IMG/VR virus record: IMGVR_UViG_3300042858_000011
Coordinates: 24,010 to 88,009 of that record
Strand: one strand, 5' to 3'
DNA from: a virus
Lineage: Duplodnaviria; Caudoviricetes
DNA length: 64,000 nucleotides
Below the pieces are notes generated by a model. That model made no database searches. It was not told where the DNA came from and saw only the letters and a list, made by a program, of their open reading frames with translations. This document shows, piece by piece, positions 31,973 to 41,539 of this stretch. The stretch's first letter is position 1. Each line of letters opens with the position of its first letter. A program made the translations under genes and the position numbers.

Positions 31973-32047
31973 TAAATTTAGGTAGATTTTTATTCTGATC
32001 TTAAAGTGATTTTTTTGTTATTGTTTTTTACTAAATAGATAACATGC
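31973..32047 (-). repeat. 75-bp promoter cassette, copy 1 (inverted copy of 61772..61846)
   Basis: One mismatch to other copy; ends in CTAAATTT box. Confidence 0.9.
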
Positions 32048-32136
32048 TAGTTGAGAGTCTCTTATAGCTTCTCTTCATTCCTTTATCTCCTTATTTATAA
32101 ATGGAGCCGTAGGAGAGGCTCCTGAGGAAGTAAAAG

Positions 32137-32655
32137 TCAATAGACTTTTATCTTTACTGGATTTAAAGCTGTCATTAATCTTGGAAGTAGTTCCTCTAAG
32201 TCTTCTTGACTGCCTACGAAGATATAACCTCCATCAAGCTCTAATTTTGCAATCGTCTCAAGTTCTTGCTTATCCCAAACATACACTGCAAAGTATTCCT
32301 CTTCAAATCCAACAAAAGCATGGACTATATACAAATCACACATCACAACCCGATAAACATCTATATGGTAGAGAATGTCCGACCCTTCTACTCTAAAAAG
32401 TATCTCAAGAACCAATGCTGCTCCTTCATTTGCGAAATGATTTTCTTTTGGGTTTTCTTCCACTTCCACCTCATAATCATTAATAGAGTGCACAATCTCA
32501 AAATGCTTTCCATACGGTGGAACAAACGGAACAAGCACTTCCTTCGTTCTTGCAAAACCTAAGTCTCTTAGTATTTTGTCAAGTTTTTCTTTCGTCATAG
32601 CTTCACCTCCTTCTTTAGTGTTTTCGGTTATGTTCTTAAGTTCTTCCATCTTCAT
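32137..32655 (-). CDS. acidic hypothetical protein B, accessory island (copy at 63677)
   Basis: SD aggaggtg; second in-frame SD+ATG at EGGEAM. Confidence 0.8.
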   Translation of the reverse strand: MKMEELKNITENTKEGGEAMTKEKLDKILRDLGFARTKEVLVPFVPPYGKHFEIVHSINDYEVEVEENPKENHFANEGAALVLEILFRVEGSDILYHIDVYRVVMCDLYIVHAFVGFEEEYFAVYVWDKQELETIAKLELDGGYIFVGSQEDLEELLPRLMTALNPVKIKVY

Positions 32656-33200
32656 GGCAAACACCTCCTTTGTTATATTCTCACAACGGGTAGGTTATTC
32701 AGTTCTTCCTCAGCTCTTTCTCTTGCTTCTTCCCACAAAGCGTCCTCTTCATCTTCTCCGTAATAATCACTTAACCTCTCTGCCCATTCTTCTGTAAGCC
32801 TCTCATACGCATATTCGTAGGTCTCATACACATTGTTATACCAAAACAGATTCTTCCTACCATACTCGTCGAAATACGGCGGAAACTCAATCTCACGACC
32901 TCCAAAATCGTCAGGAATGAAAACCTTTTTCCCTTCCAATTTCTCAGACAAGAAAACACTCTTTCCTACTCCAGGTGGGATACTCCAAAACTCTTCGTAA
33001 TCCTCCTCATCTGTAAATTCTACAATGAGAAAGGTATGAATACGATTAGCCGCATCAATTGTACTCCAGATCACTCTTAGATCCCTCATAGCTTCTCCTC
33101 CTTCTTGGGTTAGCTGTTGCTTCTTCCTCATGTCTTCACCTCCTAAAGTTTTATTTATATATTTAATTTTATACAACTTTATAAAAATCAAGAGGGCATA
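32332..33200 (-). repeat. inverted repeat of 63140..64000 (upstream region + genes A and B)
   Basis: 32332-32675 reads identical to 63657-64000; gene A part diverged mainly at synonymous sites. Confidence 0.95.
32673..33131 (-). CDS. highly acidic hypothetical protein A, accessory island (copy at 63201)
   Basis: SD aggaggtg; Glu/Asp/aromatic rich. Confidence 0.8.
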   Translation of the reverse strand: MRKKQQLTQEGGEAMRDLRVIWSTIDAANRIHTFLIVEFTDEEDYEEFWSIPPGVGKSVFLSEKLEGKKVFIPDDFGGREIEFPPYFDEYGRKNLFWYNNVYETYEYAYERLTEEWAERLSDYYGEDEEDALWEEARERAEEELNNLPVVRI

Positions 33201-33449
33201 TTATGATTTGCGTCATGTCCTCATTCCCTTTGAATATGCGTGTAGAACAGAGAACTCAGTGTTAGGTCTTTGTATCTTTTCCAGATAAGCTTTAGAAAGT
33301 CCCTTATTTGACGGGACACCCTTCACAGTATTGAAAATCAACCTGTTCAGAAGGGTAGGGTGTCCCATTTTTTTGTCAAATTATAGGAATACAATAAGTT
33401 CAATAACAAAAAAAGAGGGAGGAAGAGGGCAATTATGAAGAGCTTCTAA

Positions 33450-35186
33450 TTACCTTTGAACGATAAGTCTACCTACTACATTAGGATAGATTACAGATAC
33501 TCCGAATCTATGAACAGCAGTCATTGCTTGACCAAGAGTATTTGCAGGATAAGGTATCATATGGGTTGCATAAGGTGCATATATTGCAGTAGAGAAGAAT
33601 TCTTGTTTGGATTTGAGTACAAGTAAGTTCCTACCAACAGGAAGTATAGGTGTAGGCAATACCTTTATCCATTCTTCAGATCCATCTTTGCTTCTGGTGT
33701 ATATCTTGAATGGGTCTGCTTTCGTTACAGGGTCGGATACCCACTTACCTATGTTAACAAGTAGTGAAGCATCTTCAACATTCATCACAAGTATGGGTTC
33801 TACTTCGGGAACAGGTGTATTCCTGAGTATCTTACCAAGCAGGTTAGATATTGCATAAGGGAAATGAGTCATAACGTACATGCCTGGTCCCCAACTGTAA
33901 GCAGCAAGAGCAGCAGCAGTCATATCTACAGATTCTTCTATGTTATGAACAAGTGATGCATTATACAAGTTCATTAGAAGGAATGCATCAGTGTTAAGTG
34001 CAATTATAGCAGATAGTATGCTACTTACTTCGCCGAGTATGTCGAGATTGAAGAGAACTTGAGCATCAAAAGCCATTTCGGGAGATACAAGTATTGTGCT
34101 TTCAAGCCTGTTTTCAGCAAGAGTTTGTCTTGCAAGTTCAAGTCTGAGCTTCCTAGCAGGATCTCTCGCTTCATAGGCTACTCTTGCATATATCTCTATA
34201 CCTTGAACTTCAGGAGCAGTTCCACCAGTTACTATAACAGTTATAGTGAAATCACCAGATTTGAAGTCTACTCTACCAGTTACATTAACAGTGTAGGTAT
34301 TGGCACTAATAGTTACAGTCCCAGCTCCGGTTATAGCACCAGATGATTCAATATTGGAAGATACATTTATTGTTCCAGATGTCGCACCATCAGTTATACG
34401 AACAGCTATTACTCTAAAATCAGGTGTTACTCTAAGCTTATTGTCAGGAGCAACAGTCGCAGGAGGCAACAAGTTAGCATCACGTAGAATGTTATACACA
34501 TTACCTCTTATTATCTCTTCTGCAGAAGGAGTTGTAGCGGGAACAAATACACCCTGCCCAGGAGCTGTTCCGTAATAGCCAAGAGAATCTCCACTGAGAA
34601 GTCTACCAGTTGTCATGTCTACTGATAGATAGGATGAGAATGGATAAGGATTTGTAGAGTTAGTTAGTTCTTCATAAAACCTGAAGAAGTAAACATAGGC
34701 ACCTGGAGCAGACATATTCCTGACATCATATACTTGCGTTGCAACAAGTCTTGGATACATAAACCTTATCAGTGGTGCCAAATACATAAAGTATGGTATC
34801 ACATTAGCAGATGTATTTTCTGTAGCTATAGCCCTAAGACTATTTTCATACAAAACTTTAATGGCTTTGGATAGTGAATATACTTCTGCCTCTGATAGAT
34901 TACCTTGTTCTGCAACTATATCGGTTACTATTGCATTGGATATTAAATCAATTACAGTCTTATCACCTTGTAAAGCTCTTTTTGCCAGTTCTGATATTTT
35001 ATCTACAAATTCTGATGGATTTTTAGATGCATTAACCTTAGTTATATCCGAATAAAATTCTTTTACTATTTTCTTGGCATCTTCAACATTCTTATTTGCC
35101 ATTTCCATTGCTAGACTGTAAATTCTTTTCGTAGATATAATTGAGTCAGATGGGTAAAATCTTGATAGTCTTACGTCTTTATCCAT
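33450..35186 (-). CDS. major capsid protein (T4 gp23-like, HK97 fold)
   Basis: PLIRFMYPRLVATQVYDVRNMSAPGAYVYFFRF and C-terminal AIYAPY...RFG; probable cleaved N-propeptide (ATE/N). Confidence 0.85.
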   Translation of the reverse strand: MDKDVRLSRFYPSDSIISTKRIYSLAMEMANKNVEDAKKIVKEFYSDITKVNASKNPSEFVDKISELAKRALQGDKTVIDLISNAIVTDIVAEQGNLSEAEVYSLSKAIKVLYENSLRAIATENTSANVIPYFMYLAPLIRFMYPRLVATQVYDVRNMSAPGAYVYFFRFYEELTNSTNPYPFSSYLSVDMTTGRLLSGDSLGYYGTAPGQGVFVPATTPSAEEIIRGNVYNILRDANLLPPATVAPDNKLRVTPDFRVIAVRITDGATSGTINVSSNIESSGAITGAGTVTISANTYTVNVTGRVDFKSGDFTITVIVTGGTAPEVQGIEIYARVAYEARDPARKLRLELARQTLAENRLESTILVSPEMAFDAQVLFNLDILGEVSSILSAIIALNTDAFLLMNLYNASLVHNIEESVDMTAAALAAYSWGPGMYVMTHFPYAISNLLGKILRNTPVPEVEPILVMNVEDASLLVNIGKWVSDPVTKADPFKIYTRSKDGSEEWIKVLPTPILPVGRNLLVLKSKQEFFSTAIYAPYATHMIPYPANTLGQAMTAVHRFGVSVIYPNVVGRLIVQR

Positions 35187-35200
35187 AACGTTCTTCTGCT
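35187..35200 (-). promoter_or_regulatory. representative class-II (late) motif AGC 12-15 nt before ATG
   Basis: agcagaagaacgtt-ATG before capsid gene; same geometry before about 29 genes. Confidence 0.65.
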
Positions 35201-35322
35201 AAAAAGTTGTGAGTAAACAACTTTAAATATTAATGCAAAAAATTTTTTACAAGTATGCTAAAGATAATACTGTAAGAAAACAAACATTTTATTATTGGAT
35301 GCTATCATTTAACACACCTCCG

Positions 35323-35509
35323 CAAGAAGTCTCCATCTTCCGTAAGGTGGAGATTAATTGCGAAAGACTTGACAAGGTTCTTATTTTGGACTATATTAAT
35401 AAATGTCCCGATAATCAAGGGACCTAGGGCTGGAGCGGCCCGAAGTTAAGCCTGTGGAGAGGCGAAAGCCTCTATGAAGCAGGAAGCTCCACCTATTGGA
35501 GCGGCTCAC
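35323..35509 (+). mobile_element. non-autonomous IS200/IS605 miniature (LE hairpin + omega-RNA-like RE; no tnpA/tnpB)
   Basis: caagaagt + stem tctccatctt/aaggtggaga; 3' block gggctggagcggcccgaag..aagcctgtggag..atgaagcaggaagc + hairpin + TCAC typical of tnpB right ends. Confidence 0.8.
35369..35397 (+). promoter_or_regulatory. sigma70-type promoter inside mini-IS
   Basis: TTGACA-17 nt-TATATT. Confidence 0.75.
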
Positions 35510-35529
35510 TCGATATTGTTCTCAAATTG
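35404..35529 (+). ncRNA. putative TnpB omega-RNA (reRNA) scaffold plus flanking guide
   Basis: Stem-loops gtccc/gggac, agaggc-gaaa-gcctct, gctcca/tggagc ending TCAC; ends approximate. Confidence 0.55.
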
Positions 35530-36828
35530 CCAAACAAGATAGTTAACTGATCCAACTTTCTTTGATTCTGGTGTTACAATAGGGTCCAAGTATCCCAACA
35601 TATCTGTTACAAGTCTTATTTTGTGACTTAATCTCTTCATTGCAAATTTATGAGCATATGTAGCTTTTAACTGTAACATAACTTCTGATATAGGATTATG
35701 TATTTTATCCTCTACATATTCAACTTGCATTATCTTATACAAAATGGATAGAGATGTTGAATGCTTTCTGGGCAATTTTCGTGTTCTAATTCTCTCATAC
35801 ACCAAGTGCATTAGTTGTCTAACCAATGGATGCAATAAGAATGTTTTGAATCTTACTGTTTTGCTTTTTAGTGAGCTATACAAACCACAATTTTTTATAT
35901 AATTGTAGAAGTCATTGCTTGGAACAAATGTAAATAGAAAGTAATAGGGATCTTTAAACTCCTGTCTAACCAATGGATCAAATATAGCACTTATCTCTCC
36001 ATATAATAATGTCATTATCTCAAAAGAATGTTTACCCATAAGTCTTTCTAATAACCTACTTCCACCGTAGTCCTTGAATGATTTTGCAAATCTTCTCCTA
36101 TAATTGCTTTCATATGTTACATCTACAATTAATTGTTTATTGACTGATGTATCTGTATACACAATAGATGTTTCCGTTTCTTGTATTGTTATATATTTAA
36201 CTTTCTTTCCTTTTGTTACAGTAGTTACTATGTTTGATTGATTATTATCTAGCTCTTGCATATCAACTTGAAAGCCAGTTTGTTGTAAAACCATATACAA
36301 CAAATCTAGCAAGGATAAATTACTTTCCATTAAACTTTCATCATTCTTGAGCAAATACAATATCAAAAAGTTCAATATAGGTAATGTTTTATGTTTTGAT
36401 TCATATAAGATTGGTTTTGTTTCATCTAAAATATTTTTAAACACTACTTTCCTATACAGATTAGATAATTTTGCATCCATACTCTCTGTTCCAAATCTAT
36501 CCAAGAACTTATCTGCGATTGAGTAAATAAATACATATCGTTGTCCATTAACTATTATGTAGTTTCCAATAAACCTAGGAATGAATGTTTTATAATTACA
36601 AATTGCTCCATCCTTTTTGTCCTTCAAACTATATTTGATAGTATAAACAGATACTAATCCGTCTGTTGACATGAGATCTTCTTCCTCAATTTGTAAATCA
36701 ATTAATTCAGCATCAATCAGATCACAAAACCAAATTATGGTATTTTTAACATCTTCTGTAATATTGTTTAATACTTGTTTGCGATATGAAATGGGTTTAC
36801 TGTCTATGTTTAGGTTTATGAAATACAT
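35506..36828 (-). CDS. phage RNA polymerase beta-like subunit, N-terminal part
   Basis: FIPRFIGNYIIVNGQRY and GYLDPIVTPESKKVGSVNYL (beta fork-region motif). Confidence 0.85.
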   Translation of the reverse strand: MYFINLNIDSKPISYRKQVLNNITEDVKNTIIWFCDLIDAELIDLQIEEEDLMSTDGLVSVYTIKYSLKDKKDGAICNYKTFIPRFIGNYIIVNGQRYVFIYSIADKFLDRFGTESMDAKLSNLYRKVVFKNILDETKPILYESKHKTLPILNFLILYLLKNDESLMESNLSLLDLLYMVLQQTGFQVDMQELDNNQSNIVTTVTKGKKVKYITIQETETSIVYTDTSVNKQLIVDVTYESNYRRRFAKSFKDYGGSRLLERLMGKHSFEIMTLLYGEISAIFDPLVRQEFKDPYYFLFTFVPSNDFYNYIKNCGLYSSLKSKTVRFKTFLLHPLVRQLMHLVYERIRTRKLPRKHSTSLSILYKIMQVEYVEDKIHNPISEVMLQLKATYAHKFAMKRLSHKIRLVTDMLGYLDPIVTPESKKVGSVNYLVWQFENNIE

Positions 36829-36877
36829 GATAGTAAATTTAGTATGGGTGCTCAAAAAAAATGTTTTATTTTTTTTG

Positions 36878-37504
36878 TTATAGTAATATATCATCTGAAT
36901 CTGATGATACATTTACAGTCACATCAGATAGATCCAAATCCAATTCATCTTCTATTGTATCTGATTTATCAATTTCGGATATTTTCTTTTTAGATGGTGC
37001 TTCTGTTGTATATTTATTGTATAGTTCCCAGAATCTTGTAGCATCTCTTTCAATTCTTTTTAATGTGACACCTTTTCTCATTAGTTCTTCAATTGCATTA
37101 ATAACCCTATCAATCTCCTCTTTGACATTTTCCAATACTTCATCATTTATCTCATTGTCCATTTTTGTTCCAATTTCTCTTAGATATAATGCATGATTTT
37201 CTTTTATCACTGCTATGTATGGAGATGTTTTCAATCCTGTAGCTGATGTCAATCTGTTTGAATAAATCAATGCTACTGTATATCCATTCGCATCATACAA
37301 TTTGGTTCCTAGTAGCAAATTCTCTCTTTTCTTAATCACAATTACGTGATCTTTGGATATTGGCTCAATTATTTTGAATTTTTTATTTGCTGGAAATCCG
37401 ACTAAATTGCTACCTACTAACGTACAATAATATATTTGTTCATCATATTTAATTGGTTTGAATACACTTGATAATTTTTCTATGGAGATTACTCTGACCT
37501 TCAT
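36878..37504 (-). CDS. hypothetical protein with acidic tail (possible ssDNA-binding protein)
   Basis: Acidic C-terminus; class-I motif. Confidence 0.5.
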   Translation of the reverse strand: MKVRVISIEKLSSVFKPIKYDEQIYYCTLVGSNLVGFPANKKFKIIEPISKDHVIVIKKRENLLLGTKLYDANGYTVALIYSNRLTSATGLKTSPYIAVIKENHALYLREIGTKMDNEINDEVLENVKEEIDRVINAIEELMRKGVTLKRIERDATRFWELYNKYTTEAPSKKKISEIDKSDTIEDELDLDLSDVTVNVSSDSDDILL

Positions 37505-37534
37505 GTCTATAAATTTAGACAAGTTGTAAAAAAC

Positions 37535-38692
37535 TCAAAACCAATCAATTTCATTTGAAGTATCTTTAACAGGAGATCTACCCAAATACATAAACAAATA
37601 CAAAACTAAATGCTTTGCTATGTTTGAATACGTTTGCAATGAATACTTACTTAATATATCCTCTCTAATCTTAGGTATTGATATTGTTACACTATATAAT
37701 TTATTTATCTGATTCATATTGGTAGCATCCAATGGAAATCCGACTACACTTATGATTTTATTTACAATCATTTTTAATTCATCATAACTCAATTTTTGTA
37801 ATTGTTGAATGTATTGTTTGAATGTTTGTTTTGATATTTTGTTTCCGAGCATCTCGATTATAGTATCAACTAAATCGTCTATTGGTTCAGGTTCCATTTT
37901 GAAGTTAATTATTGCATCATGATAATACCTACTGTAATCCCGTTCAGCAATCTCATCTTTAGTAATTTTCTTCTCTTTTGCTATATGTATTAGATTGTCT
38001 TTCAATCTGTTAGCATAGTTATTAACTCTTGCTCGCAAATAACCCGTCCACACATTATGTATTTTTTTCGGATTGGATTCTCTATCAACTAATATTAATT
38101 GAGCCTTTCTTTCTGCAATTGACTCTAATAATCCTGATATGGATGAGAAATTGCTTGGATGTAATAAGTTAGATCTGGGTAATAGTCTTCTGGCTTGTTC
38201 AAGATCATGCTTGTTAAGTATTACAACAGACTTAGTTACTTGAACTATAAACATGATAGCAGAAAACATAAAGTAAAGATTACGAAGTATGGCTAGCTTA
38301 TCTATAACTGGATTGTTATCACAATCTACTAACGTAACAACATCAGCATGTAAGACAATAGCCGCAAGATGCCATCTGTTCATATAGTAAATTGGATTAG
38401 ATAAACTTGGATCAAGAGTTTTATGAAGTTTGAATACTAATTCCTTTAATTCCTTTTGAACTATGCTGGTATTCGTATGCATCTTATCAAACAATAGAGG
38501 ACGAAATTTTTCTACACTGATAACATTTAAGTTGTCAACGTATGGTCTTATTTGAGTTGTAATTCTATCGGTTGTACGATACAAAGTTAGCATATAATCT
38601 TCAAAATTTTGAAAACCAAAATAGCGCACAATATGCTCAATTAGTTCTTTTTGTTGATTATTTAACCAGTGAACATATTTACAGTTCGTCAT
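37535..38692 (-). CDS. putative sigma-like promoter-specificity subunit (phiKZ gp68/AR9 gp226-like)
   Basis: LPRSNLL...SISGLLESIAE...YLRARVNNYANRL resembles the recalled gp68/gp226 core; near beta-N gene. Confidence 0.5.
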   Translation of the reverse strand: MTNCKYVHWLNNQQKELIEHIVRYFGFQNFEDYMLTLYRTTDRITTQIRPYVDNLNVISVEKFRPLLFDKMHTNTSIVQKELKELVFKLHKTLDPSLSNPIYYMNRWHLAAIVLHADVVTLVDCDNNPVIDKLAILRNLYFMFSAIMFIVQVTKSVVILNKHDLEQARRLLPRSNLLHPSNFSSISGLLESIAERKAQLILVDRESNPKKIHNVWTGYLRARVNNYANRLKDNLIHIAKEKKITKDEIAERDYSRYYHDAIINFKMEPEPIDDLVDTIIEMLGNKISKQTFKQYIQQLQKLSYDELKMIVNKIISVVGFPLDATNMNQINKLYSVTISIPKIREDILSKYSLQTYSNIAKHLVLYLFMYLGRSPVKDTSNEIDWF

Positions 38693-38739
38693 AATAGCTA
38701 AATTTAGCTGCGTTGTGTATTACTAATACATAAACAGTT

Positions 38740-38777
38740 GTGAACTACTCCATCTTCTACAAGATGGAGACTTCTCA
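38740..38777 (-). mobile_element. IS200/IS605 single-hairpin scar (LE start fused to RE end)
   Basis: Minus strand gagaagtctccatcttgtagaagatggagtagttcac; shares gaagtctccatctt with 35326-35339. Confidence 0.7.
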
Positions 38778-38806
38778 CCTAAATTTTTAAAAGCACATAA
38801 TGAAAT

Positions 38807-40546
38807 ATGTTTATTCCAAATCAACTTGCACCTGGTGTTTACATCAATGTTGTATTTGCACCTGAACCATTAATTGGATTACCTGAAAAATACAATGCAT
38901 TATTCTTTATTGTAGCAGAGAAAGGACCTGCAAATAAACCAGTGTATATAACATCAGCTCAAAGATTTCTTGATACTTTTGGTCAGCCAGATCCGAAATT
39001 CCCATTAACATCACTTTATGCATATGAATATGTTAGGAATGGTGGACCAGCATATGTGGTTAGATTACTTCCAAGAAATGCTACAAAAGCTAATGCTACC
39101 TTAGCTCTTGTTCCTGATCCGGATGATGCAGATACCTATGTATGGGCATATGGGTATGTAGATTACTCTACTAATACATTTATTGGTCGCGATGAAATTA
39201 ATGATAGAAACGTATCACTACCTGTATCTGCAACTTATGCTCCACCAGAACCTAACAAAGCAGTTATAATTGCGCAATTTGGTGAATACGGTATGTATTA
39301 CAATACCTATAGATTGAGATTTTCATTACCTTTACTTAGAACAAATAAAACATTTAATGTAGTTATAGAAAGAGTTATAGGAACACAAACTGAAAATGTT
39401 GCGGTATTCAATAATGTTACTTTTGAACCAAATGTAAATGAATTGGGATATCCAACACAAATTAATCATACTCTTTACACATTTAATCAACCAGCATTTG
39501 AATACTTAAAGACTAACTACATAATAAAGTATAAAGATTATGAAACGAATACTATTACAGATACTAATACAAGACCAATAGATTCTGTTGACATAGTGTA
39601 TTCAACTAATACAATATGGAATTTTGCAGGTGGTTCTGATGGTGGATTAAGAGATCCGCTTACAGGTTTGGTAAATTTCTCATTGTTTGCTGATCTAGTT
39701 GTAGAAGCCGTATATGGTTATACTACATTACTTCCAAACAGAATACAAGGACTTATTGATGATGAAACAATATTCATCAAATACATTGTTGATCCCTGTG
39801 ATGAGAGATTTCCCTACACAAAGAGAAGATCAGTATGGAATGCTTTAGTTGATTTGGCTCAATCCAAGTATATGCTTAATGCTGGTGCTATAGTTCTGAG
39901 TAACATAGCTGATTTGTTTGACTGGACAGATATAGGACTTTTAGATTCAACCAACCCTCCTATACCTAGACATTATCTACATGCAACTTACTATTCAAAA
40001 ATTGAGGATGTTGATGGCAGAATATATCCTCATCTTAGATATGTTGTTCAAAATATTGCTAGATTAAGAGCACAACAACAAAGTATTGAACCACTTGCTG
40101 GTGTTATTAATGCTACGATACCAACAGGAGTAGATGTTATACCGAGATTAACAGTTCCTGAGAGATCAAGGCTGGTAGAACTTGGAATTAACTTTGCTCA
40201 CAAAGATCCTTTCTATGGTGTATTTACTGATCTTGATAGAACTACATCACTTGCTCTCGGTAAATTTCTGTATGTAATTGAGGATGTTGTTGATATTAAG
40301 AGAGAGCTAGTTAAATTGCTAAGACCGTTTGTACATAAATTAGAAACTTATGATTGGGAGAGCATCAAGAGTTTAATCATAGACTTCTTACTAAAACCAA
40401 GAGTAGCAAGTGGTTTAATAAAGGAATATGAAGTTAACTTGAGATTATCCGAAGAATTAACTAGACAAAATGTACTAGGCATAGATATGAATCTACGATA
40501 TGCTCGCGAAATAGAACGTATTGCAGTAACAATATATGTGAGATAA
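38807..40546 (+). CDS. tail sheath protein
   Basis: APGVYINV, KGPANKPVYITS..FLDTFGQP, YVVRL, FAGGSDG, C-terminal REIERIAVTI. Confidence 0.9.
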   Translation: MFIPNQLAPGVYINVVFAPEPLIGLPEKYNALFFIVAEKGPANKPVYITSAQRFLDTFGQPDPKFPLTSLYAYEYVRNGGPAYVVRLLPRNATKANATLALVPDPDDADTYVWAYGYVDYSTNTFIGRDEINDRNVSLPVSATYAPPEPNKAVIIAQFGEYGMYYNTYRLRFSLPLLRTNKTFNVVIERVIGTQTENVAVFNNVTFEPNVNELGYPTQINHTLYTFNQPAFEYLKTNYIIKYKDYETNTITDTNTRPIDSVDIVYSTNTIWNFAGGSDGGLRDPLTGLVNFSLFADLVVEAVYGYTTLLPNRIQGLIDDETIFIKYIVDPCDERFPYTKRRSVWNALVDLAQSKYMLNAGAIVLSNIADLFDWTDIGLLDSTNPPIPRHYLHATYYSKIEDVDGRIYPHLRYVVQNIARLRAQQQSIEPLAGVINATIPTGVDVIPRLTVPERSRLVELGINFAHKDPFYGVFTDLDRTTSLALGKFLYVIEDVVDIKRELVKLLRPFVHKLETYDWESIKSLIIDFLLKPRVASGLIKEYEVNLRLSEELTRQNVLGIDMNLRYAREIERIAVTIYVR

Positions 40547-40567
40547 TTTTTTTTACTAACAAAAAAA
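40547..40567. terminator. bidirectional oligo-T terminator between convergent genes (representative)
   Basis: T tract after sheath stop and A tract before the stop of the minus-strand gene. Confidence 0.55.
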
Positions 40568-41527
40568 TTAAGATAGATGGATAGTTTGAATTGTTGCAGG
40601 ATAAACTTTTATTTTTTGATTTCCAAATGTTGTTAATATGCTTTCAAAGTAAAAGTTTGGAGCTAAGACCTGATTATCATTTTCAACAATCTTTAAAATT
40701 GGTTTAATAATAGCACTTGGATAAAGTAAAGGTCTATTAACTTTGTTGTTTATAATAATGTCTATAATCAAGTTTTCATCTTCATTATAAAGAAAACCTG
40801 TTATATCAAAAATAGTATAGGTTATGCCAGAACGATTTATTGTTATTAATTCATTAGTTGATTCAACAGGTAATGTATATCTGTTACGAAGCATATTAAA
40901 ATCAGAAATTAGTTTTGCTTTCGATAAATTAATTGCATAACTATAAACTTCAACATTCAAAAATCTGTTACTCATCATTCTAGCAAACAATGATGAATCT
41001 TGTTCATAATCTACAATCAAATCTACTATTAAAGCATTTGTTTTTGGTAAACGAAATCTTAAAAAGTTTTGTTGTAATAGGGAATTAGCATAAAATACTG
41101 GAATCGTATCCATATTTAACAATATCCGGTGTGCTAGTATTGGTAAGTAAATATAATCCAAACTACTATTGATATTTAGTTCAGCTAAAGTATGCTCTTG
41201 TGTTGTATTTGTAATTACATCTTGATAAACTATTTTGTAGATTATTTTATTTAGTGTCCAGTTAAAATTATAGACTTGTCTAAAGAGATAAGGTGTATAA
41301 TATTCTGGTGTTGTTATTAACCTAATATGCTTATCAAAAGTCAAAGTTGTATAAGAACTTAGCAGACTCGTAGGTATTTCCAAAAACAGAAGACGATAAG
41401 AATTTCTGAGTGTATTTATGTCATAGGTGTAATCTGTATGTTCTGCGTACAGGTTAAAAGTTGTTGAAATTATATTTGCTTCTATTAGTTTGAGTAAATT
41501 TTCCAGATGTCTATTAACAACATACAT
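40568..41527 (-). CDS. hypothetical protein, probable virion protein
   Basis: AGC-class motif. Confidence 0.55.
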   Translation of the reverse strand: MYVVNRHLENLLKLIEANIISTTFNLYAEHTDYTYDINTLRNSYRLLFLEIPTSLLSSYTTLTFDKHIRLITTPEYYTPYLFRQVYNFNWTLNKIIYKIVYQDVITNTTQEHTLAELNINSSLDYIYLPILAHRILLNMDTIPVFYANSLLQQNFLRFRLPKTNALIVDLIVDYEQDSSLFARMMSNRFLNVEVYSYAINLSKAKLISDFNMLRNRYTLPVESTNELITINRSGITYTIFDITGFLYNEDENLIIDIIINNKVNRPLLYPSAIIKPILKIVENDNQVLAPNFYFESILTTFGNQKIKVYPATIQTIHLS

Positions 41528-41539
41528 TTGCTTTATGCT

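Noticed and set aside
35233-35427. 64-aa ORF as transposase or TnpB
   Set aside because: Runs through the IS left-end hairpin and promoter; no HUH or RuvC motifs
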